DNA of 64,000 nt, from NCBI RefSeq assembly GCF_000315625.1, contig NW_005434640.1, positions 318,270 through 382,269 of the forward strand, in the 5' to 3' direction. Both the position numbers and the translations under genes were made by a program. Origin of the DNA: Guillardia theta CCMP2712. Its lineage: Eukaryota > Protista > Cryptophyta. Positions 54,301 through 64,000 of this stretch are shown here, in pieces. Every line of letters begins with the position of its first letter. The stretch's first letter is position 1. The notes below the pieces were generated by a model. That model did no database searches, was not told the origin of the DNA, and saw only the letters and a program-made list of their open reading frames with translations.

Positions 54301-57300
54301 TAACGCATACAGGAACATTGACGAGCAGAGGAAAGATCGCATAATGCAACTCCTCATCCATACCGCTACCAGCGCCACCCATCAGGTAGAAATCATGAGG
54401 AATCAGTCTTTCCTCTTCTCTCCCTTCTTCCTACTTCATCCTTGTTTCTCTTTCTCTTCCCAATCTCAACTCTCTACCCATCCAGGCGCGCTTCTCTGCG
54501 GTCTACTGGGCACGCGTTCTCTTCCCATTCCATGACGTGAGAGCGCGGCTGATCTGCTTGAGCGGGGTCGACGACGCGAAGATCGAGGTGAGGGAAGAAG
54601 CCCTCAAGGGAATTCTTCTGGAAAGGAGCGCAGAGCCGAGCCGAACGGCAGAGTCCCTGATCTCCAGCATCCAAGAAGAGCTCCGTGCGGTGAAGGAGCA
54701 GCAGCGTTACCCGACTCTCGAAGAATTCCTTGACTATCTCTTCGAGGACAAGCCGTTCAAGGTGAGGCCCTGCTGGTCCTTTACCTGTCCCATCCTTGAC
54801 AAGCAGAGACAGGCATTTGAGTCAACAAGCACAATCGTCAAAGTTTCAGTAGTCTCTTTCTGCAACCGATGCCTTGTCCATCACTGCAAGCTCAATGGAA
54901 GCATGCAAAGATCGGATTATTTGAAACCTTCACAACTTAAGAGCGAAGGAGATAAAGATACAATGCAAGACAGTAAGGCAAGTATTTCTTTGTAGCATTT
55001 TTATCCTCCGTTCACCCCATGATTCTACCAAACCACGAGGCGACGGTCTTTTGACATCTCACTTCAGACACGAGCTGCGGAAAGATTCAACTCTATCATC
55101 GAGGTTGCCCTCAGCAGTGCGCTTGGCAGTGACCAACGAGGAGCCGTGGGGGAGGCAGAGAGAGCAAGAGATTGCTTCATTGCGCTCATAGACCTGCTCG
55201 CTGCACGGCCAGATGTAGTTGCGAACAAGTATGTTGGAAGACTGCCGTGGCTCGAGGTAAAAAAATGAGACGATTGTAAGAAGGGACGGGAGAGGAGGAG
55301 AATAGAAATTTGCAAAAGTTCCCATTAAGGTGAAAGCAGACGAGAAAAATAGTGAGGGGCAGACGAGGGGAGGAGGGAGTTCAGGAGGAGGAAGGAGAAC
55401 GAGGATGGAAAGTTACGTTTACTCCTGGAGCTTCTCACCTTACACAATACTCCTGCAGTCTTTCGTATTCTGTCATAAGTCGGAGACTCGTGAACTCGCT
55501 TCTTCTCTCTATGGTGAATTCGTGGCAAGGTTGAGCCCGTCTGAGGCAGGTGAAAGAGAACAAGACGGCAGGGAGAGAGCTGACATGATAGGCGACAGAG
55601 CAAGTGATGAAGAAGATGCTGACATGTGCTGGCGATGAGAATCCAGTGGACAAGAGGATGGGAGCTGTTCTCGTGATCGGATACGCATTGGGCAGGGGTG
55701 GAGACAAATTTGTTGAGCAGCTCTCGAAGGACTTTCTGTTTCAAAGTTTGAAATTTCTCTCCTCTCATTTGAAAGACACGAACCCGCAGGTAGAGTTGTC
55801 GTCGTGAATCTTTCGTGTCTTATCAAACTTCATCGTATTCCTCCCCTCCCAATTTGCCTGCTCCTGCCCCTGCTCCCCTTCCTCCTCCTCCGTATCACCT
55901 GGCTGTTTCTCTTCTCCTCTTGTTCCCCTCTGACACAGTCGCCTAACAGATGGTCAGTATTATCTGTCGATCCATGTCCGTGATCTTCATGGAGATCAAC
56001 CTGGCCAGGCTCATGGGCACAGAAGGAGAAGATGTCGACATGTCTGAGGCTTCAAAAACAGAAGATGAAAAGTCGAAAGAGTTTTCTATGATGCAGATGA
56101 TGCGGACTCTGGGCGAGCTGGCGGCGAGGAAAGAGACGAAGGGGAATGAAAACGAAGCAGCAGCGATTGCACTAGGTTGCATCTGTCTAGCAAGCAGGAC
56201 GGCAGCGGTCTTGGGTGAGCGATTGAACTCAGCATTGCGTGCGATTAATACATTGCTGGAAGATTGCTGCCGATCCAGTCTGTACAGCACGACAGACGTC
56301 AAACGGTCGGAGGAGTTCCACCTCTGTGTTGGAGAGGCTCTTGCTTGCTGCGGAGGTGGAAGGAAATTTACTTCGGAGGTCCTTCTCTCTCAGCTCAGGA
56401 ACCCTCCTGCCTATCAGGTAACGAAGTTGTAACTACCTTCCCAGCTATTCATGACAACTCTCTCCTTCTCTCCGTCTCCTTTGTCCTTCAGGATGAGAAT
56501 GGAGATGCGGAGATACAGATGAAAAGGTGGAAGTCCAGCAACGAAGAGACAGACGTTCAGCTCCTTCAAGACATCTTGAAGCATCTCTTTCAGAAGGTTC
56601 TCTCCGATGGAAAGGCGCATGTAAGCCAATATCCTTCTATGCAACGTCTAGCCTCTTTCTTCCCTTTTTCTCTTCCTTCCTCCCTTCCTTCCTCTCGTGG
56701 TTGCACTTTTTTGATTGGTTGTATCCGTTTCCAGGTCCGCGAAGCAGGAGCTTGTTGGCTGTTGTGTATATTGCGATATTGTGCAGATCATCCAACAGTT
56801 CAACAGCACCTCTCGCAAATCCAACAATCCTTTACCCTCCTTCTACAGGTACAGCATCTTGTCGAATCGTCTGCAATGCAGAGGCTCATTCCTATCCTTG
56901 TGTTGCGATGTTCAAATCGCTGCCCCGACCTCCTCCTCTTGCCGTCGGCGTCACCTCCTAACATCCTCTCCTCACTTTCCCCTTGGACAGGAGCGATCAG
57001 ATGTTGTTCAGGAGATCGCGTCGAAGGGACTGGCGCTTTGCTACGACATGTGTACAGACGACAAAGTCAAGGACGAGCTTGTCTCGACGCTCGCTAAGAC
57101 TCTGATGGGAGGGAAGACAGCTCAGAAGCAGGTCGGTCTGCCTCTACAGAGTGTTCTGAATTGAATTTTATGCTTCTTGGTAGACAAACAACTCGACAGA
57201 CGATCCGATTTTTGAGGAGGGACAGATCAAGGTACTGTTGAGAGGAAGGGATGTACGAAGGAGATGAAAGAGTTGACTGCAACAGATTGATGATAAGGCA

Positions 57301-60300
57301 CTGGGAGAAGGAAGGTATCTTCACTTGATGCGTTCTTTCTGTCCACCTTTCTGCCCCTGGCACACCTGACGCTCACTTGATCTCCACCGATGTGGAACTT
57401 TCATCCACTGCTTCCCCTATCTTCTCGATCCTCGGCTCCTTGATGATGCCTCCGGCAGCTTGACTACCTACAAGGAACTTTGTACAGTCGCAAACGAGTT
57501 GGGGCAGGTCGGAATTTGATTTTTGACTCCTTCCCTCGCCCTGTTGTTCAACTCTCACATGGTTCCTTCCAGCCAGAGCTTATCTACAGGTTCCTCAACC
57601 TTTCAGGACATCAGAAGGTCAGGGCATACGAGTCTTGTTTGTCGATGCTTTTGCCTTGTCGATGCCTCTGCGCATACCCGTTGATCTCACCTATCCATTT
57701 CTCTGTTCAGATGTGGAACTCCAAGAGAGGAGCTGCTTTTGGCTTCTCCTCCATAGCATCCAAGGTGACCAATGCTGAGAATCTGCCATGTCCATGACTA
57801 TCAATCAGGCAACAGACAGGCTGAAGCCGCACCTTCCAAAGCTGATCCCCAAACTCTACAGATACCAGGTTGAAAAGGATGGATAATCCTGCATTTACAG
57901 AACGAGCTGATTCAACCATCCAGTTTGATCCCAACGAGAAGATCCAAGAAGCGATGACGAACCTCTGGCTGGTCGTTGTTGAGGATTCTGAGAAGGCCAA
58001 GGAAGCGTATCTACAAGACATCCTGGCTGATCTCATTCCTTCTGTTGGCTCTCGTCTGGTATTCTCGCCCTCACTTCTGTGGCTGTTTCCTAGTCCTATT
58101 CCTCCTCCTGCTCCTCCTCTACCTACCATGCTGCAACCCATCGCCGTTGCGAATTGCTGAATCTCAGACCCATCTAGTGGAGGGTACGGCAGGCGTCTTG
58201 TCTGGCACTTGCGGACATTCTTGCCAAAAGGAAGTTCGAGCAGATCGAGACGAATCTGGTCTGGTGCCCTTATGACTTGGGTAGAAAGTGAACGAGGGAT
58301 GTAGGTGGAGATGTACCGCATGAGCTTGAGGGCCGTGGACGACGTGAAGGAGACGGTGAGGATAGCAGGAGCGAGCTTCAACCGGTCGGTCTTCGGCCTT
58401 GCCTCCCGACTCGCCGATCCCTCTCAGAGCGGCGAGAGCGTCGCCGGCAAGGTAGATGCGCGCATCAGCTGAGAGATTCCTTCGTGTGATTGAGTGTGAA
58501 ATTTGTTTTGTGAACTTTGCGGCGGTTTTAAACCTGTACCAATGACCGCTCGATATCCAAATTTCTCTTTACAATGCAACGACCTGAGGCTGAAACGTAC
58601 GTGATGTCCAGGTGTTGGGACTGATCCTTCCGTTCCTACTCAAGGAAGGAATCTCAAGGTCAGTGCATTCTGTTCCATTCCTCAAGTTATGATGTGTCAA
58701 ACAGCTCGGCCAGTGAAGTTCGCGCATTGAGCATCTCCCAGCTGGTCAAGTTCACCAAACATGCTGGAACAAGTTTGCGCCCGTTCATCCCCGAGCTCTC
58801 GCTGGTGCTGCTGGAGAGCTTGTCCTCGCTGGAGCCGCAGGTGAGCAAGGAGGGGAGGGGATGCTTCCAAGGGAGGAGAGGATGATGGATGAGTAGATGA
58901 ACACATACTTGCAACTGAATGCGGAGAAATTCGACGTGGCTGGAGAGGTCACTCTTCACCGCACACGCTTCATTCATTGACTGGTTGACAAGCAGACAGT
59001 CGAGCGCGCACGGCTCTCCGCCTCTCGCAACTCTCCCATGGCAGACACGCTTGACATGTGCGTGCGGTACATGAACGGAGAGGCTGCCGAGGAAACGATC
59101 CCGAAGCTCGTCCACGTCATTCAGCATGGCGTCGGCCTTCCCACCCGCTGCGGCGTCGCTAAGTTTGTGAGCCAACTCTGTCTCATCCAGCAGGAGGTCC
59201 CAGCGGTTCTCCGGAAGCACTCTAGCAGGTTGCTCAGAGCTCTGTGCTCTGCCTTCTCCGACCGCAGGTAGATGCGTTCACAACTCCTGCTCTCCATCAT
59301 TCACTTCTCGTGCAGCACGGTAGTTCGGCAGGCCATGGCAAGTGCCGCAGCGAGGGTGGCAGGCGTGTCGAAAGAGAACAACATCGAAGAGTTCGTTCTC
59401 AACATGAGGAAGATGTACGTGGACAAGGGGATGGACGATGCCGCGCTGCGAGCGACGATCGGAGTGGCTCTCAAGGAGCTGGTACTTCAGGCCAGAGACA
59501 GTTCGAGCGTTAGCATGCAGAAAGTGATTCCGCTGGTGATCGTGGGGAAGGAGGACGAGGACGAGGCATCTCGGTCACAATTCCTGACGATCTGGGAGGA
59601 GAGCGTTGGGTCGTTACACACAGCGTTGAGGATGTACGGGGAGGAGATCATCGAGTTCGTGGAGCTCTGCTTTGCCTCCTCCTCGTGGCTGCTCAGGAAG
59701 ATGACGGCCAAGGCCTCCGTCTTCCTTGTGTCCTCCAACCCTCACGCCCAAGTCGCTGACATCTCCAGGGCACAGAGCGCGAGAAAGCTGCTCCCAATCC
59801 TCGTGCAGAACATCCAGGCAGCGAGGATCTGGGACGGGAAAGAGAATGTGCTGCATGCCATTGCTGCTTCGGTCGTAGCCATCGACTTGTTCGTGGATAA
59901 GCAGGGAGGGGACGGATCTGAGCTCCAGCTGGAGGGATGGAGCAAGGAGGGCGAGGGAGCTGGCGATCTCTCTCGGACGCATGTTGCCCGTGTCTTGATC
60001 GCGGAGTGCATGAGAAAGAAGCGAGCATATCGGCTGGAGGCTTTGCGAGCTTGCACAAGAATGCTCACGGCGCTGAAGACCAGCCTGAACATCTGGCAGG
60101 ATGTTCTCACGGCAGTGAAGGATGTGATTCTGAACCCGCAGGAGAGAAAGGAGGAGGAGGTGCGGCAGACGGTCTCTGGGGGAAGAAGCGAGGAAGAGGA
60201 GCAGCACTACGACGCTATGATGGAGACCAAGTCTTACGCAGAGCTGAGGACTTGTGCGCTAGAGACTCTCGTCTCAGCATGGATTGTCGACTTTGACCTT

Positions 60301-60744
60301 GCAAGCGCCATGCTTCCCGACTTGCTCAGGGCGCTGCAAGACTACAGTCACTCGGTGATGGTCGAGGAGAAGCAGGCGGCAGTGAGCATGATGCGCAGGA
60401 TCGCGGAGAAGTTGTCGGAGGAGGAGAGCCTCGGGATGTGGCAGTCGCTCAGTGGTGCCGTCATGGACGGTCTCTCCTTCTGCATTGAGGTCAACGGGCC
60501 GCAGCTCCGTGACGTGCAGATCGCTGCCGTCGCTGCCTGCAACAAGTGGCTCGAGCTATACTCAAGGTTCGCGGCTAGCAGGATGGAGGAGGACGGGGAC
60601 GGCAACCAAAGGGAGGGGCAGACAAAGGCGCTTGCTCGTCTCATGCACATCGTGGAGGAGCTTCTCAAGGATCAGACGGACATCAACTTCAAGTCTGCAC
60701 TCAACTCGTTGCACGCCAGCTTGCGGGGCGCGCAGGGAGTTTGA
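51393..60744 (+). CDS. ECM29: Proteasome adapter and scaffold protein ECM29 (HEAT repeats), highly fragmented into exons; start approximate
   Basis: N-terminal [26 protein letters not shown], then [66 protein letters not shown] and [11 protein letters not shown]. Confidence 0.9.
54115..54190. repeat. (CTGCTCTTG)n intronic 9-mer repeat
   Basis: Visible tandem repeat. Confidence 0.9.
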
Positions 60745-60989
60745 CGAGGACCTGATAGGGTAGTTGCAGCTTGTCGAATGGCCATGAGTGTTGAATGAAG
60801 CAGAATCTAGTGGGATTGAAGTGAAGCAAAGTCATCCATTAAGGAAATTTTGTCTTGTCTTGTCTTGTCTTGTCTTGTCTTGTCTTGTCTATTTCTTGTC
60901 TTGTCGTTGTCTATGATTTACATTTGGGTTTACATGAGCTCGGGTACCCAGGGTTGTCGATTAATCCATATCATGAACAGACTGCAGAG

Positions 60990-61493
60990 AAAGAGTTAAC
61001 AACATGAAGGTTTCAAAAGACAAGAAGAGTTCGTCAAGAGACCGAAGTAGGACGCGATTGCTTGTAACACTTACCATCCCAGTACAATGTGCAGAGTCGC
61101 CCCGAAGAACATGGTGTAGGGAGACGTTTCGCCTGACATTCTCCGTCAACCCGCAGTCTCTTCCTCTATGCTCTACCCACCGATGTACACTCCTCCTGAC
61201 CCAACAGCGCAGATCTCCTCCAACGTGTAGTGACCTCCAACAGAACCATCTGCTGGTATCTCTCCCTCAGGGCGCAAGGGCCAGTACGTGGGCGTTCTCT
61301 TGTCGATCCATGCCCCTCCTCGTAACCTGTTCAGCTTCATAGCACCTGCTGGCAGGCTCGATCCACGAAGGAGCGTCGAAGGAGATGAGAGGGAGGAGAG
61401 GGGAGAGGAGAGGAGAGGAGACGATGATGGCAGAGGGGACGCTGTTGCCGCCATGATCCCACCCAACGCCAGAGATAGCGCAAGGATCTGCAT
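60990..61493 (-). CDS. Small signal-peptide protein with RLRGG motif and probable TM segment (3' exons approximate)
   Basis: MQILALSLALGGIMAATA signal, then LNRLRGG and a mature region; the next exon reads GETSPYTMFFGATLHIVLG. Confidence 0.5.
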
Positions 61494-61636
61494 GCCGGGG
61501 CCACTTCTCCTATACCCACCCTCCTATTGCTAAATCCAAAAGTACCCTACCCCCGCCCGAAAAAACACACCCCACAAGGCATGTATTGACCAACAATAAT
61601 TTGACTCACTCTACCCCACGTTTTCAAACACCTACA

Positions 61637-63488
61637 TTATAGTACCCCTACAGTATGACCACCCCACCCCGCTTCCTCCTTGGACAATGAGCGGATAATC
61701 CATGGCAGCTGCTTCACGACTATGGCGACGGCTGCCGCGAGGCTGCCGCGGGTCCACAGCGAGGAGAGCATGTGCATGCTGAGAGAACAGTGAGGGAGGG
61801 AGGGAGGGGAGGGAGGGAGGGGAGGGAGGGGAGGGAGGGAGGGAGGGAGGGAGGGAGGGAGGGAGGGAGGGAGGGAGGGAGGGAGGGAGGGNNNNNNNNN
61901 NNNNNNNNNNNNNNNNNNNNNNNNNNNNNNNNNNNNNNNNNNNNNNNNNNNNNNNNNNNNNNNNNNNNNNNNNNNNNNNNNNNNNNNNNNNAGAGGGAGA
62001 GGGAGAGGGAGAGGGAGAGGGAGAGGGAGAGGGAGAGGGAGAGGGAGAGGGAGAAGAGGAGGGAGAGAGGGAGGGAGGGAGCAACCTGGCACTCCAAACT
62101 GGCCCCAGCCAAGACGGAATCGGGAGGTATGGTTTGAAACATCCTACAACATTGGACGTTCAGCGGCAACATGTACAGACAGACAGAAAGTCAGAAGACA
62201 GACAGAGAGACAGCGGGAGAAGGAGAGAGGGGACGAGAGGGGATGAGATGGAGGGAGCGAGGGGAGGGCAAGGCAGGGAGGGAGCAGCCTCAGCCTGCAC
62301 CTGTGCGCGTCATGGATCAGCTGCTCCAAGGGAAGATCGCTGGGCAGCGTTTGCATGACAGAATGAATCATAGAATAATCGCCTGACAAGATCCTCAGCC
62401 AATCATCGCATCCTCCCCCATCCGATACCCTTGCTCGGTAGGAGCTGCTGTCTTTGCCAGCACAGCAAGGAGGCAGAGAAATATCTGATCAGGGACGTTA
62501 GGGCAGCAGCTGGGGTGGAGATGGATACTCACAGAGACATGAGGGGATGGCTGGCCAAGAAGAAGTCGTACAGTCGCTCTATCTGCACGATCGTCATCAT
62601 CATCATGACCATCATCATCAACATCCTCCTCGTCCTCGTCCTCCTTCCCTCCTCTTCCTCCTCCTCATCACTACCACCACCATGCGTGATAGTGATAGCT
62701 CCCACCTTGTCCAAGGACTTGAGGTCATGTGCGAACCAGGTCAGGATCCAGCTGAGAGCGAAGATCGGGTCGACTTCGCACTCGCTGAGGCACTCGTAGA
62801 GCTTGCGGTCCCGTCTGCACATCATCGTCAGAACAAGTCTGACTCGTCGTTGATCGAGCTTGCTCGCCTCTTAATGATATTCATGAGTAGATGAAGGGCT
62901 TGCTGTACCGCAAACATGCTCTTGTTCATGGCCTCGCGGAAATGATACTTAGCCAGTCGCTCTGCCACAGGCAAGGCCGTGGAGTCGCTCCCCATCACCT
63001 GAACGACATGTCAGCTTACTCAAAGTCACCATCAGCATCCTCCGACTCGCCAGGATCGCCACCGAGCAAACGTCGTTGAACCCCTGGTAGTAGTGCAAGT
63101 CCGGGTTGGTTGCCAGGATGGTGTCGATGACTGTCGACAGCTCTGCCAGCCTGTGCTCCCTCGTCCTCTTCCTCATGTCCGTGTAGAGCATCGAGCGAAC
63201 TACGTCCAACTCGACTTGCTTCTTCTCACGATGATCCCTCTTCACCAAACTCGACGAAGTCCAGGAATCGTCCACCTCGACTCTCAGCAGGCGAGGCCAT
63301 ATCTTCCTCCTGAATGCAGGACTGAGGAAGCCATCTGTGACTGCTGCTTTCCGCAAGGACTCTTGCATCTCCTCATGGGGCAAATTCAGAATGTTCACCA
63401 ATTTCATGGCGTGCCTTGCCCTGTTCTTTCCCTTGACCTCTTTCCTCTTGCCCCCTACAGCTATCCATTGTACGATCTCACTTGCCAT
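61637..63488 (-). CDS. TBC1D20: Rab GTPase-activating protein TBC1D20/Gyp8-like
   Basis: GFLSPAFRRKIWPRLL, QVELDVVRS, LHYYQGFNDV, IFALSWILTWFAHD and RLYDFFLASHPLM motifs, plus a probable C-terminal hydrophobic anchor exon. Confidence 0.88.
61892..61991. other. Assembly gap (100 N) within (GGGA)n/(GAGGGA)n repeats in a TBC1D20 intron
   Basis: Run of N. Confidence 0.98.
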
Positions 63489-63917
63489 GATCTTTGACGT
63501 CTCAGGCAGTGAGATGTGTGTTGGACAAGTAGATACTTGTAACGCGCTCCCTGAGCCTTGCCTGGTGAGTTCTCCGTTCGATCAAGTACAAAACAGCCTG
63601 AAATCAGTCTGGTTCGTTCCCCCCGCGGGCAAACCGCTCGTTCTTGGCGAGTGGATCGTTCTTTTCAGCCTTGCCATTCAATATCTCATCCCTGATCTCC
63701 TCTTCATCCTCCTCCCTCTCCTCCTCTCCTCCTCTCCTCCCTACCCTTCGCTTCTCCCGCCAACAACGGCATCTACTGTCAGCATTACGAGGCGGGCCGC
63801 TGAAAACAATACGGCGTCTTTTTTCTAAAAAAAACAAAAACAACAACTGTAAAAGCACTCCGGACACCCTCAAGCACAGGCATCACCGGATACACCAACT
63901 AGTCCAAAGGGCGAAAG

Positions 63918-64000
63918 ATGGCGGGAATGGAGCGGATCGAGCGAGAGGAGATGCTGAGGAAGCGGAGCGAGGAGGCCGACATGCGGCGAACAGAAGCACT
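63918..64000 (+). CDS. Probable 5' start of a gene truncated by the window end
   Basis: MAGMERIEREEMLRKRSEEADMRR is open to the edge and lies divergent from TBC1D20. Confidence 0.35.
   Translation, partial: MAGMERIEREEMLRKRSEEADMRRTEA

Overview
Gene-dense eukaryotic nuclear DNA, most likely from a cryptophyte alga (Guillardia/Hanusia-like). This is inferred from ~45-60 nt GT-AG introns, bipartite plastid-targeting presequences, an RLRGG presequence motif and abundant CT/GA microsatellites. About 20 intron-containing genes are supported. Recognisable ones: a DTW-domain protein, a plastid DUF1350 hydrolase, a bacterial-type family II pyrophosphatase, two PDZ proteins, a plastid EF-hand protein, a ceramide/sphingosine kinase, an R2R3-MYB, a sn-1 DAG lipase, ECM29 and TBC1D20. 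The standout locus is 43147-50794 (-). There, two ORFs and three small exons splice in frame into one ~2,477-aa, intron-poor, AT-richer gene. It fuses an N-terminal P-loop GTPase, a long helical/coiled-coil stalk, a complete SecA-type SF2 ATPase and a C-terminal vWA (MIDAS) domain. It has no targeting peptide and is a candidate defence/conflict or protein-remodelling machine. Intergenic DNA carries two recurring non-coding signatures: palindrome-rich GC islands with a shared 21-bp AT-rich motif at divergent promoters, and a degenerate GGGGTAGGGGTAG family. Two 100-N assembly gaps are present. Exon boundaries were inferred by eye.
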